A DNA stretch of 64,000 nt, taken from Thermoanaerobaculia bacterium (GTDB taxonomy: Bacteria; Acidobacteriota; Thermoanaerobaculia; Multivoradales; Multivoraceae). The notes beneath the pieces are model-generated. The model searched no databases. It saw nothing but the letters and a program-made list of their open reading frames with translations, and was not told the DNA's origin. The translations under genes were made by a program, and so were the position numbers. The stretch lies in contig OY762911.1 in the NCBI GenBank assembly GCA_963666565.1, forward strand, positions 1 to 64,000, given 5' to 3'. Shown one piece after another: positions 8,652 through 18,613 of the stretch; within the stretch, counting starts at the first letter, position 1, and every line of letters begins with the position of its first letter.

Positions 8652-9950
8652 GTGATCCGATTGCGTCCTCGGGAGCGGTTCGCCCCGCTCGCCCTCGCTG
8701 CCGCCGCCATGCTGCTGGCGGCCTTCGTCGTCGCGCCGGCGTTCGCCGCCGAGCCCGAACTCCAGCACGCCAAGCCGGCCGACGTCGGCATGGATCCGGC
8801 CGGCCTCAAGAAGCTCAACGAGGCCATGCACGGCATGGTCGACGGCGGCCAGCTCGCCGGCGTCGTCACGATGGTCTCGCGCAAGGGCAAGGTCGTCCAC
8901 TTCGACGCCTACGGCAAGCGGGACATCGAGAACGGACTCCCCGTCGAGAAGGACACGATCTTCCGCATCTACTCGATGACCAAGCCGATCGTCGGCGTCG
9001 CGCTGATGACGTACTACGACGAGGGCCGGTTCACGCTGGACGACCCGGTGTCGAAGTTCATTCCCGAGTTCGCCGATCTCCAGGTGGCGAAGGAGGACGG
9101 GCCGGACGGCAACCCGATCACCGAGGACGCCGACCACCCGATGACGATGCGGGAACTGATGAGCCACACGGCCGGCCTCACCTACGGGCTGTTCTCGCAG
9201 TCGCAGGTCGACACGCTCTACACCAAGGCGGGCATCATCACGGACCCGAGCCAGAACCTGAAGGACATGATCGACAAGCTGGCGAAGATCCCGCTCCGCC
9301 AGCAGCCCGGGTCGATGTGGCACTACAGCGTCGCCGTCGACGTGCAGGGCTACGTCCTCGAGGTCCTCGCCGGCAGGCCGCTCGACGAGGTGCTGAGCGA
9401 GCGGCTGTTCGAGCCCTTGGGCATGAAGGACACCGCCTTCTGGGTGGAGCCGGACAAGGCCGACCGCTTTTCGCACATGTACCAGAAGAGCGGCGACAAG
9501 CTGACCAAGGTCGAGTTCGGACAGTACCTCGACAAGCCGAAGTTCCTCTCCGGCGGCGGCGGCCTCGTCGGCACCGCGACGGACTACATGCGCTTCGCGC
9601 AGATGCTGGCGAACGGCGGCGAACTCGACGGCGTCCGCATCCTGAAGCCGGAGACGGTCGAGCTGATGCACACGGACCACCTGCCGGCCGACGTCGACGG
9701 CATGGGACCTCTCTACCGCGGCAACCGCTTCGGCCTGGACTTCTCGATCGTTACCGATCCGAACCCGGCGACGGACCACGAGCGCGCGAAGGGCGAGTAC
9801 TGGTGGTACGGGATCGGCGGTACCTGGTTCGGCGTCAATCCGGTGCAGGACCTCGTGGTCGTCGGCATGATCCAGAGCCGCGACTTTCAGGCTTCGGCGG
9901 CGGCGCGCTTCACCAGCAAGCGGCTGGCTTACGAGGCGATTGTCGACTGA
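8652..9950 (+). CDS. Exported serine hydrolase (beta-lactamase class C-like)
   Basis: AGGAGG RBS, signal peptide, IFRIYSMTK (SxxK), LMSHTAG, WHYS and SGGGGL motifs. Confidence 0.9.
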   Translation: MIRLRPRERFAPLALAAAAMLLAAFVVAPAFAAEPELQHAKPADVGMDPAGLKKLNEAMHGMVDGGQLAGVVTMVSRKGKVVHFDAYGKRDIENGLPVEKDTIFRIYSMTKPIVGVALMTYYDEGRFTLDDPVSKFIPEFADLQVAKEDGPDGNPITEDADHPMTMRELMSHTAGLTYGLFSQSQVDTLYTKAGIITDPSQNLKDMIDKLAKIPLRQQPGSMWHYSVAVDVQGYVLEVLAGRPLDEVLSERLFEPLGMKDTAFWVEPDKADRFSHMYQKSGDKLTKVEFGQYLDKPKFLSGGGGLVGTATDYMRFAQMLANGGELDGVRILKPETVELMHTDHLPADVDGMGPLYRGNRFGLDFSIVTDPNPATDHERAKGEYWWYGIGGTWFGVNPVQDLVVVGMIQSRDFQASAAARFTSKRLAYEAIVD

Positions 9951-9987
9951 GCGGCCCGCGAAACGCAGTTGCGTCCCGATCGCCGGA

Positions 9988-10078
9988 AGCGGGTCGGAAG
10001 ACCCGCGCACCCAGTCGGATGCGGGTCGGAGGACCCGCGCACCCAGCCGGATGCGGGTCGGAAGACCGGCGCACCCAG
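9988..10078 (-). repeat. Three tandem REP copies
   Basis: GCGGGTCGGA(A/G)GACC(C/G)GCGCACCCAG three times. Confidence 0.85.
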
Positions 10079-10103
10079 TTTTGAACCGTCGAGGAGGTAG
10101 TCG

Positions 10104-11696
10104 ATGAGTTTGTTCGCCTGGTCGTGGATGTTCCTCGTCCTCTACATCGTCGGCATGCTGACGTTCGGCTGGATCGCCAGCCGGCGGATCAGCAACGCGG
10201 ACGACTTCGCCACCGCGCGGAGCAGCTACGGCCCCTACTTCCTGGCGCTCGCCTTCGCGGCGACCACCGCCAGCGGCGCCACCTTCCTCGGCAGTCCCGG
10301 CCTCGGCTACCAGTTCGGGATGGCCAGCGTCTGGGGCAAGTTCCTCTACCCGATGGGGGTCTACTTCGGGGTCCTCATCACGATCCGGCTGGTCGCCAAC
10401 TCGGGGCACAAGTTCGGCAACCGCTCGATCCCGGAGTACCTGGGCGACCGCTACCAGAGCGACGGCGTGCGGCTGCTCGTCTCGATCTTCTCGCTGGTGC
10501 TGTTCTTCTACATCGCCGGCCAGCTCGTGTCGGGGCTGGTCATGTTCGAGATCATGCTCGGGCTGGAGCCGCTGACGGCGCTGATCATCACGTCCGGGGT
10601 GCTGCTGGTCTACGTCGTGCTCGGCGGCGCCCACGCCGACATCCTCACCGACGGCATCCAGGGGATGATGATGCTCGGCGTCGCGATCGTCGTCATCGTC
10701 ATGTTCCTCTTCGCCTCCGGCATGGACGGCGGCCTGTCCGGCATGGTCAGCAACCTGAGGGCGCAGGACGCCCACCTGGTCGGGCCGCTCAACACGTCGA
10801 ACTCGCTCTACGACTCCTGGTGGGCGATCGCCTGCGTGCTGTTCGCGCACATTCCGCTCGGCATGCTGCCCCACATCGGCAACAAGGTGTGGGCGCTCAG
10901 GAACGACGGCGACCGGATGCGCTTCGTCAAGCTCGCCTTCGCCGTCGGCCTGACGATGGGCATGCTCGGGCTGGGCGGCATCCTGGCCCGCGGCGTCCTC
11001 GGCCCCGAGCTGCTGGAGGCCGGCCGCAACCCGAACGAGGCGCTGCCCGCGCTCTTCATCGAGCTGTTCCCGACCTGGCTCGCCGCGCTCATCGGCGTCG
11101 GCATCCTGGCCGCGATCATGTCGACGGCGGACGGGCTCGTCGTGTCGTCGTCGCAGATCGTCGCCAACGACATCTACCGGCGGTCGATCGTTCCGAAGTA
11201 CTCGCCCCACCTGAGCGACAAGGAGGTCGACCGCAAGGTGCTGGTGATTAGCCGCTGGAGCACGGTGGTCGTGTTGATCCTCTGTACCTGGATGGCGTGG
11301 GCGATGCAGGACATGAACATCGCGCTGCTGGTCTGGGTGGGCACCGGCGGCATGATGGCCGCCTTCGCCGGGCCGCTGGTCGTTGGCGGCCTGTGGCGCG
11401 GCGTCACCCTGGCCGGCGCCTACACCGGCCTGGTCACCGGCATGCTGACCTTCGTCCTGCTGCGGAGCGGCCTGCCCTGGATGATCGTCGATCCGGGCGC
11501 GCTCGGCCCCCTGTCGGGCGTAGCGCAGTGGCTGGCGCACTACCAGATCAACCCGTACTCCTGCGCGGTGGTGGGCGAGGTCGTGTCCATCGCCAGCACC
11601 TACGTCGTGTCGAAGCTGACGCAACCGCTGCCGGAGTCCCACGTGGAGCGGCTGTTCAGCGCGCCGGCCGAGACGGCGGAAGCGACGGGAGGTTAG
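10104..11696 (+). CDS. Sodium:solute symporter (SSS; PanF/PutP-like)
   Basis: About 13 TM helices; ATTASGATFLGSPG, SIPEYLGDRY, TDGIQG and AAIMSTADG motifs; GGAGG RBS. Confidence 0.9.
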   Translation: MSLFAWSWMFLVLYIVGMLTFGWIASRRISNADDFATARSSYGPYFLALAFAATTASGATFLGSPGLGYQFGMASVWGKFLYPMGVYFGVLITIRLVANSGHKFGNRSIPEYLGDRYQSDGVRLLVSIFSLVLFFYIAGQLVSGLVMFEIMLGLEPLTALIITSGVLLVYVVLGGAHADILTDGIQGMMMLGVAIVVIVMFLFASGMDGGLSGMVSNLRAQDAHLVGPLNTSNSLYDSWWAIACVLFAHIPLGMLPHIGNKVWALRNDGDRMRFVKLAFAVGLTMGMLGLGGILARGVLGPELLEAGRNPNEALPALFIELFPTWLAALIGVGILAAIMSTADGLVVSSSQIVANDIYRRSIVPKYSPHLSDKEVDRKVLVISRWSTVVVLILCTWMAWAMQDMNIALLVWVGTGGMMAAFAGPLVVGGLWRGVTLAGAYTGLVTGMLTFVLLRSGLPWMIVDPGALGPLSGVAQWLAHYQINPYSCAVVGEVVSIASTYVVSKLTQPLPESHVERLFSAPAETAEATGG

Positions 11697-11825
11697 CGCC
11701 GCCAAGCCTGTCGCAGGCTCCGTTCCGCCCCGGGTGTCGACGGCCAGCCCAGTCGGGTCAGGAGGGGCGGGTTCCTCCCACGCCGCTTCGCTGCGTTCCG
11801 CGGCGCGGGCTTCCAGCCCGACGGA

Positions 11826-12035
11826 TCAGTCGTCCCAGTCGGGCAGCGGCTGGGGGCCCGGCACGATCCCGGCTATGTCGGGGTCTTCGCCGGTCACGTT
11901 CTCCGGCGCATCGAGCGCCGCCTGCTCCTTCGCGATCTTGCGCTGCGCGCGCCGCTCCAGCTTCTCCTGGCGCCTCTGACGCTTGCGCATCTCTCGTTGA
12001 CGTTTCGCGAATGTCGTCGGACCAGGTCTGGCCAT
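11826..12035 (-). CDS. Small conserved basic hypothetical protein
   Basis: MARPGPTTFAKRQRE..KR.RRQEK and C-terminal EDPDIAGIVPGPQP, a recurring small bacterial protein pattern. Confidence 0.75.
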   Translation of the reverse strand: MARPGPTTFAKRQREMRKRQRRQEKLERRAQRKIAKEQAALDAPENVTGEDPDIAGIVPGPQPLPDWDD

Positions 12036-12135
12036 AGGCGATCTCCCCTCTGCCGCGCCGGCTCGCGCCGGGGCGAACCGCGACATCGTACCAAGACCTT
12101 GACAGTCTGTTGGCGGCTACCGCCCGCGACGGGGC

Positions 12136-13764
12136 TCAGGGCGTGTAGTAAGTCGGGGATCCGGGGCCGACCGGCAGCCCCAACGCGAACACCCAGACGT
12201 AGAACAGCGTCACCCAGCCGATCAGGTAGGAGATCGAATAGGGGATCATCGTCGCGATCAGGGTGCCGATCCCGAGCTTCCGGTCGTAGCGCATCGCAAC
12301 CGCCAGGATGAGGCCGAAGTAGCTCATCATCGGCGTGATGATGTTCGTGGTCGAGTCGCCGATCCGGTAGGCGGCCTGAATGACCTCCGGGCTGTAGCCG
12401 ACGGTCATCAGCATGGGCACGAAGATCGGCGCCGTCACCGCCCACTGCGCCGAGGCGCTGCCGAGCATGAGGTTGACGAAGCAGCACATCAGGATGAACG
12501 GCACGAAGACGATCGGCCCGGTCAGGTCGAACCGGGTCAGCAGGTCGGCGCCGACCACCGCCGTGATCGTCCCCAGGTTGGTCCAGTTGAAGAACGAGAC
12601 GAACTGCGCGGCGAAGAAGACGAGCACCAGGTAGGGGCCGAGAGAACTCATCGAGCGGCCCATGCCGTCGATCACGTCGCGGTCGTTGCGGACCGAGCCG
12701 GTGACCCGGCCGTAGACGATCGAGGGCACGATGAAGAAGACGAAGATGAGCGAGACGACGCTACGGAGCATCGGCCGCAGATCGTCGATCAGGAGCGCGT
12801 TCGCCGCCGGGTCGCGGAACCAGCCGTTCTCCGGCAGGGCGAGCAGCGCCAGTCCGCCGAGCATCGCGAGGACCGTCACGCCCGCCAGCTTCAGGCCGCG
12901 CTTCTCCTCGGGCGACAGCGTCTTCAGGCCCTCTTCGGGGTCTTCCAGGTCGTCCGCCGCCTGGCTCGGGTCGAACGCGCCCAGCTTGGGTTCCACGATC
13001 CGGGTCGTCACCAGGGTGCCGATCGCCGTGATCATGAAGGTGCTGACGAGCATGAAGAGGTAGTTCGCGGTGGCCGGGATCTCGTTCGCCGCGCCGGGTG
13101 CGTAGGACGGATCGATGATGCGCGCCGCCTCGGTCGTGATTCCGGCGAGCAGCGGGTCGACGGTGCCGATCAGCACGTTCGCCGAGTAGCCGCCGGAGAC
13201 GCCGGCGAACGCCGCCGCCAGGCCCGCCAGCGGATGGCGGCCGACCGCGCGGAACACGACCGCCGCCAGCGGGATCAGCACGACGTAGCCCATCTCCGAC
13301 GCAGTGTTCGAGACGACCGACGCGAAGACGACAACCGCGGTCAGGAGGTTCCGCGGCGCGCCCAGGACGAGCGCCCGCAGCAGCGCGCCGAGCAGGCCCG
13401 AGCGTTCCGCGACGCCGACCCCGAGCAGCGCGACGAGCACCGTGCCCAGGGGCGCGAAGCCGGTGAAGTTCGTCACCAGGTTCATGGCGATGCGCCGCAT
13501 CCCCTCGGGGTTCAGCAGGCTGACCGCGCGGATCGTCCCGTCCTCGGCGCGGCCCGCGACGCCGGCGGGCCGCGGGTCGGCGACCTGCCAGTCGAGCGCT
13601 TCCGCCAGCCCGGAGACCAGCAAAATGAGCAGCGCCAGCGCCGCGAACAGCGTCACCGGGTGCGGCAACAGGTTGCCGAGGAACTCGACCGCGTTCAGGA
13701 AGCGCTCGAACAGCCCGGGGCCGCGTCCTCGCCGCCGCCTTCGCCGCTTCGGAGCCTCCGCCAT
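12136..13764 (-). CDS. abgT: AbgT family (p-aminobenzoyl-glutamate) transporter
   Basis: GNLLPHPVTLF, NFTGFAPLG, GRHPLAGLAAAFAGVSGGYSAN and AYRIGDSTTNIITP AbgT signatures. Confidence 0.93.
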   Translation of the reverse strand: MAEAPKRRRRRRGRGPGLFERFLNAVEFLGNLLPHPVTLFAALALLILLVSGLAEALDWQVADPRPAGVAGRAEDGTIRAVSLLNPEGMRRIAMNLVTNFTGFAPLGTVLVALLGVGVAERSGLLGALLRALVLGAPRNLLTAVVVFASVVSNTASEMGYVVLIPLAAVVFRAVGRHPLAGLAAAFAGVSGGYSANVLIGTVDPLLAGITTEAARIIDPSYAPGAANEIPATANYLFMLVSTFMITAIGTLVTTRIVEPKLGAFDPSQAADDLEDPEEGLKTLSPEEKRGLKLAGVTVLAMLGGLALLALPENGWFRDPAANALLIDDLRPMLRSVVSLIFVFFIVPSIVYGRVTGSVRNDRDVIDGMGRSMSSLGPYLVLVFFAAQFVSFFNWTNLGTITAVVGADLLTRFDLTGPIVFVPFILMCCFVNLMLGSASAQWAVTAPIFVPMLMTVGYSPEVIQAAYRIGDSTTNIITPMMSYFGLILAVAMRYDRKLGIGTLIATMIPYSISYLIGWVTLFYVWVFALGLPVGPGSPTYYTP

Positions 13765-13823
13765 CCCGCGAACAGTAACCCACGGCCAAGCCGCCCGCTG
13801 AGTGCGCGCGCTGTGTGCGCGGG

Positions 13824-14055
13824 CTGGGTGCGCGGGCTGGGTGCGCGGGCTGGGTGCGCGGGTCTTCTGACCCGCACTGGGTGCGCGGGTCTTCTGACCC
13901 GCATCCGCCAGAAGACGCGCCGGCCGTCAGGCCGGCTCCACTCGAGCCGGCGCCCCGTCTGGCGCGGTCGCCGGCCATTGGCCGGCGGCCCTGTCTTCCG
14001 GGCTGCGCCGCTCCGCGCCACAGCCGCGTGCGGGTCGGAAGACCCGCGCACCCAG
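13824..14055. repeat. REP cluster plus ~190-bp REPIN/MITE-like element
   Basis: Tandem GCTGGGTGCGCGG units, two TGGGTGCGCGGGTCTTCTGACCCGC copies and an inverted terminal copy at ~14030-14055; internal sequence homologous to 33868-34055. Confidence 0.85.
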
Positions 14056-14060
14056 CGGTC

Positions 14061-15722
14061 CTAGGCGCGGCGGGTGACGGCGGTGTGGTACGGCTCCAGG
14101 TCGTCGATCGCCGATTCGGGCTCGCCCGTCTTCCACGCGAAGAGCCGCACCGTGACCTCCGACGGCGTGACGTCGAAGAGCGCGAAGCCGTTCTTCTCGA
14201 AGGTTTCGCCGCGCACGTCCTGCTCGATCGCGGTGGCAGCCATGGGCGGCGTCCCGCGCGCCGCCGACGGCCAGCCGGTCAGCGTGCCCAGCGGACCGGT
14301 CAGCACGGCATGGACCGGGTTGGCCGAGAGATCCATGCTGCCGCTTCGTTCGAGGACGGAGTGGCCGATCGCGTGCAGGTCGCCCGAGAGCACGATGCCG
14401 GGCCGCCGCTCCTGGGACGTCAGCGACTCCAGCAGGCGCTGGTGCTGCCGCCACCAGCCCTCCTGCCAGAAGTACTTCTCGCGTTCAGTCGTCAGCCGGA
14501 AGTTGCTGCCCGCGAAGTCGCCGATGCGCGACACGGTGGCGGCGCCGTCGTCGAGGTCGGCGACGTCCGGGTACCACTCCCGCCACTTCCCCGCCGACCA
14601 GCCGAACGGGTGCGACGGAACGTGGAACACCTGCGCCACCGCCTGGTCCCGCGTGCGCCGGTGCAGCCAGCGCTCGGCCTCCGGCGGCACGAGGCCGGCG
14701 TGGACGCCCTTGAGCGACAGGAAGCGCGCGCAGTCGTAGATCAGGACTTCGGCCAACCGGCCGTAGCGGAACGTGCCGAAGGCCTCGGAGATGCCGGGTT
14801 CCCGGTCGCCGGCGCCGGTGCCGGACATTGCCAGCGGACGTTCCACGTCCGGCAGGAACTCGGGCAGGAAGGCGTTGCGGGTGAACCGCGCGAAGTCGAC
14901 CTGGTAGCGGTCCGGCGGCAGGGTGACCATCTGCGGGTCGGCGTCGTCGTTCTCGTAGTAGTCGTGGTCGTCGCTCACGAAGTAGGACGGGGTCGAGCGC
15001 AGCATGACGCCGTAGAGGTCCGCGATCTGCGGCCCGACCGCGGCCTTGAGCGAGGTCTCGTTGCTGGTCCCGAGCGCCGGCTGGCTCAGGTCCAGCCAGC
15101 CGATCCGTTCGTAGAACTCGCGGGAACGCCGGCCCCGCTCCTCGCCGCGGTTGTAGAGCACCGTGCGCTGATCCCAGTAGACGTGGTCGCCGATCGCGAT
15201 CAGCGCGCGCGGGCGGAACGAGAGCGCCCGGCGAAGGAGGCGGCGGCGAACCGCCAGCGGCAGGAAGAAACCCGACTCGGCGTGGCCGCCCGCGCAGGTG
15301 TAGGCGAGGAACCGCACCGACTCGGGCTCGGCCGAGGGCGGCGGGAACGTGCGGAGCGGCCATGCGTCGCAGAGCGTCTCGCCGCCGCCTTCGAGCTGCA
15401 GGGCGTATTCGGTGTCGGGTTCCAGACCCGGAGCGTCGAAGGAGAAGAACCGCCTCTCGGAGTCGGTGCTCCGGCCCGCGACCCGCCGGCCGCCGATGCG
15501 CAGCTCCGGCACGAAGTCGAGCGGCTCGGCGAAGGAACACTTGATCGCCACGCGGTCGTGGCTGGCCGCAGGGATCAGGTGCCGGAGCGGACCGGCGCGC
15601 CACCCGTCCTGGCCGATGGCGGGCGAACGGCCGAGCCCGGTTCCGGCGGCCGCGGCGGCCGCGGCGGCCGCGCTGGCGAGGAAGCGTCTCCGGGTCCAGG
15701 CGGGACGAGTGGCGTTCGTCAT
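14061..15722 (-). CDS. Tat-exported PhoD-like metallophosphoesterase
   Basis: TRRRFL Tat motif; GDHVYWD, DDHDYYEND and SGDLHA metal motifs. Confidence 0.75.
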   Translation of the reverse strand: MTNATRPAWTRRRFLASAAAAAAAAAGTGLGRSPAIGQDGWRAGPLRHLIPAASHDRVAIKCSFAEPLDFVPELRIGGRRVAGRSTDSERRFFSFDAPGLEPDTEYALQLEGGGETLCDAWPLRTFPPPSAEPESVRFLAYTCAGGHAESGFFLPLAVRRRLLRRALSFRPRALIAIGDHVYWDQRTVLYNRGEERGRRSREFYERIGWLDLSQPALGTSNETSLKAAVGPQIADLYGVMLRSTPSYFVSDDHDYYENDDADPQMVTLPPDRYQVDFARFTRNAFLPEFLPDVERPLAMSGTGAGDREPGISEAFGTFRYGRLAEVLIYDCARFLSLKGVHAGLVPPEAERWLHRRTRDQAVAQVFHVPSHPFGWSAGKWREWYPDVADLDDGAATVSRIGDFAGSNFRLTTEREKYFWQEGWWRQHQRLLESLTSQERRPGIVLSGDLHAIGHSVLERSGSMDLSANPVHAVLTGPLGTLTGWPSAARGTPPMAATAIEQDVRGETFEKNGFALFDVTPSEVTVRLFAWKTGEPESAIDDLEPYHTAVTRRA

Positions 15723-15777
15723 CTTGGGGTTCCTCCGGGGAAGGCGAGGCGGTTGGCGCGGCAGCCGGCGGCGGTTC

Positions 15778-16494
15778 TCATCGCTCGGTCTGTCCGAGGG
15801 AGGCGCGTAGCCGCTCGCGGTCGAGGTCGGTGAGCGGCAGGAATCGCGACGCATCCCCGCCGACTGCCGCCGACGTGTCGCACGGCTGGCACATCAGCAC
15901 GCCCGGCTCGCGAGTGTGCTCCAGGCCGAGGACGTGCCCGAGTTCATGGGCGATCACGTTGCGGACGACGCCATCTCGCTCCTCGCCGGCCGGGACGGCC
16001 ACGAAGTGGCGCCCGTCGTCCGCGTACGACCAGGCGAAGGGCATGAGCGCCTGTGCCGAGAGCAGGACGACGACGTCCGCATCGAGGGCCAGGAGTTCCG
16101 GCGGCGGCGCCGGACCGGGACCGGACGAATGGAGCCGGCCGGCAAGCTGCGAGAGCTGGTGGGCGTAGTTCTCGAACGGCCGGAGTCCTCCGGGCGGCGT
16201 TTCGCGCCGCGGCGCCGAGAAGGGCCCGGCCAGCCCCAGTTCCCGAACCGTCTCGTTCCAGAAGGAAACCGCCTCGCCGACCATGGCGACGCGGTCGTCT
16301 GCCGCATCGGCGACGAGCACGACGACCCGACCGAGCGTTCGAGTCGCGGTGGTCGCCGACGCCCCGACGACCGGGTGCGCCGCCGTCCCCGCCGCGCTAG
16401 GTTTGGGTGCCGCGGCAGGATCCTGCGCGACAACCGGAGCGACCAGGAGCACCAGTGCCGGCCAAGCCGCGACGCGACCGCCAAGCAGCCTCAA
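15778..16494 (-). CDS. Matrixin-like zinc metalloprotease (start uncertain)
   Basis: HELGHVLGLEH metzincin motif followed by a Met-turn (VLM); signal-like N-terminus. Confidence 0.7.
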   Translation of the reverse strand: MRLLGGRVAAWPALVLLVAPVVAQDPAAAPKPSAAGTAAHPVVGASATTATRTLGRVVVLVADAADDRVAMVGEAVSFWNETVRELGLAGPFSAPRRETPPGGLRPFENYAHQLSQLAGRLHSSGPGPAPPPELLALDADVVVLLSAQALMPFAWSYADDGRHFVAVPAGEERDGVVRNVIAHELGHVLGLEHTREPGVLMCQPCDTSAAVGGDASRFLPLTDLDRERLRASLGQTER

Positions 16495-16506
16495 GGAGTC
16501 CGCCCC

Positions 16507-18474
16507 ATGAACCGCTCTCGAAGCCTCAACCTCCCGCGTCCGCTCGTCGTCACGCTCGCTCTCGGCCTGTTCGCTTCCTCGGCCTCGGCGCAGATCCACC
16601 GGACGCCGGACCCGGTGCGCCGGGCCGACCTCCACCGTCTGGCCGAAGTCGATCGGATGGTCATGGTACCGATGCGCGACGGCGTCCGCCTCGCCACCGA
16701 AATCTACCGGCCGCGCGGCGCCCAGGGTCCCGTGCCGGCGATCTTCTGGCGCACGCCGTACAACTTCAGCCCGCTGCCGCCGCCCAACCTGGAGCGGCCG
16801 AGCGCGCTGCTCAAGTTCGGCCTCGACGCGGTCGAACGCGGCTACGCCTTCGTGGTCCAGAACGAACGCGGCAAGTTCTTCTCGGAGGGCGACTGGGAGA
16901 TCCTCGGCCGGCCGCGCACGGACGGCTACGACGCACTGACCTGGATCGCCGGCCAGCCGTGGTCCAACGGCAAGGTCGCCACGCTCGGCTGCTCGTCCAC
17001 CGCCGAATGGCAGATGGGCCTCGCCGCGATGCGCCATCCCGCCCACGCCGCCGCCGTGCCGATGGGCCAGGGCGCGGGCATCGGCCGCATGGGGCCGTTC
17101 CACGAACAGGGCAACTTCTACCGCGGCGGCGCGCTCCAGCTTCCGATGGCGGTGTGGCTGTTCGGCGAACAGAACACCCAGCGCCCGACCTTCCCGCCGG
17201 GCACCAGCCGCGAGGACCTGGAGCGGCTCGCGACGTACTTCGACCTGGCCGCGAGGATGCCCCAGGTCGACTGGAAGCGGGCGCTCTGGCATCTCCCCAT
17301 CCAGACGATCATGGAATCCGTCGGCGGGCCGAAGGGGATCTTCAGCGAGTTCGCGGCGCGCATGCCGGACGACCCGGCCTGGTACGAAGGCGGCCTCTAC
17401 CACGACGACGAACCGTTCGGCGTTCCGGCCCTGTGGGCGAACTCCTGGTACGACCTGTCGGTGGCGCCCAACCTGGCGCTCTACGGCCACGCGCGCGCGA
17501 ACGCCGACGAGGTGGTTCGCGAGCACCAGTACATGGTCGTTGCGCCCAGCCTGCACTGCAACATGTACCGGCTGACGAACCCGCTCGTCGTCGGCGAGCG
17601 GAACTTCGGCGACACCGACTTCGACTTCGACGAGATGCTGTGGGCGTTCCTCGACCGCTTCACGAAGCCCGAGGAGAACGGCTTCGAGGACCGCTACGCC
17701 AAGGTCCGCTACTTCCTGATGGGCGAGGACGAGTGGCGGAACGCGGACGACTGGCCGCCCGCCGGCGTCGAACCGATGACCTTCTACCTCGACAGCGGCG
17801 GCAACGCGAACGGCCTGGGCGGCGACGGCCGGCTCGTCGCCGCGGCGGCGGCCCGCGACGGCGGCGGCGACGGCAGAGGTGCGGGCGGCAGCAGCAACGC
17901 CAGCGCCGATGCCGACCGCTTCGTCTACGACCCGGGTGCGCCCGTGCCGACCCACGGCGGCGCCTTCTGCTGCATGGGCGAGCACGAACCCGGCTCGTTC
18001 GACCAGCGCGGCGTGGAGGCCCGCGCCGACGTGCTCGTCTACACGACGGAACCGCTCGCCGAGCCGCTGGCCGTCGTCGGACCGGTCGAGGTGATCCTGC
18101 ACGTCTCCTCCGACGCGCCCGACACGGACTTCACCGTCAAGCTGGTCGACGTCCACCCCGACGGCCGGGCCTTCAACCTGGACGACACGATCCTCCGCAT
18201 GCGCTACCGCGAGGGCTTCCACCACCACGTCTTCATGGAGGCCGGCGAGGTCTACGAAGCGAAGCTGGGGCCACTCGCCACGGCGAACGTCTTCGGCGCC
18301 GGCCACCGCCTGCGGATCGAGATCTCGAGCAGCAACTTCCCCCGCTACGACCGCAACCTGAACACGGGCGGCGTCAACTACGACGAGAGCGAGTGGCGAG
18401 TGGCCCGGAACGCGGTCCACCACTCGGCGGAGCATCCCTCGCGGATCGTGCTGCTGGGTGCGCGGGTCTTCTGA
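16507..18474 (+). CDS. CocE/NonD family hydrolase
   Basis: AAGGAG RBS, signal peptide, VPMRDGVRLAT, RTPY, NERGKFFSEG, DGYD...WSNGKV and SSSNFPRYDRN motifs. Confidence 0.92.
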   Translation: MNRSRSLNLPRPLVVTLALGLFASSASAQIHRTPDPVRRADLHRLAEVDRMVMVPMRDGVRLATEIYRPRGAQGPVPAIFWRTPYNFSPLPPPNLERPSALLKFGLDAVERGYAFVVQNERGKFFSEGDWEILGRPRTDGYDALTWIAGQPWSNGKVATLGCSSTAEWQMGLAAMRHPAHAAAVPMGQGAGIGRMGPFHEQGNFYRGGALQLPMAVWLFGEQNTQRPTFPPGTSREDLERLATYFDLAARMPQVDWKRALWHLPIQTIMESVGGPKGIFSEFAARMPDDPAWYEGGLYHDDEPFGVPALWANSWYDLSVAPNLALYGHARANADEVVREHQYMVVAPSLHCNMYRLTNPLVVGERNFGDTDFDFDEMLWAFLDRFTKPEENGFEDRYAKVRYFLMGEDEWRNADDWPPAGVEPMTFYLDSGGNANGLGGDGRLVAAAAARDGGGDGRGAGGSSNASADADRFVYDPGAPVPTHGGAFCCMGEHEPGSFDQRGVEARADVLVYTTEPLAEPLAVVGPVEVILHVSSDAPDTDFTVKLVDVHPDGRAFNLDDTILRMRYREGFHHHVFMEAGEVYEAKLGPLATANVFGAGHRLRIEISSSNFPRYDRNLNTGGVNYDESEWRVARNAVHHSAEHPSRIVLLGARVF

Positions 18475-18595
18475 CCCGCTCCGGGCGGAGGCGCGGAGCG
18501 GCGACGCCCGAAAGAAAGGCCGCCGGCCAAGGGCCGGCGACGATGCTGTTCGCCGCCTGCCGCGGCGTGCGGGTCAGGAAGACCCGCGCACCCAG
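18454..18595. repeat. REPIN (inverted REP pair) overlapping the CocE stop codon
   Basis: CTGGGTGCGCGGGTCTTCTGACCCGC ... GCGGGTCAGGAAGACCCGCGCACCCAG. Confidence 0.85.
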
Positions 18596-18613
18596 CATTC
18601 AACCGGCGCCGCC

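Noticed and set aside
9988-10078. Mini-CRISPR from tandem REPs
   Set aside because: Spacers are only about 5 nt and the unit is the dispersed REP
11697-11825. Possible ncRNA in GC-rich intergenic hairpins (also 33000-33117, 51100-51289)
   Set aside because: No second copy or recognisable family motif in the window; hairpins are expected at this GC content
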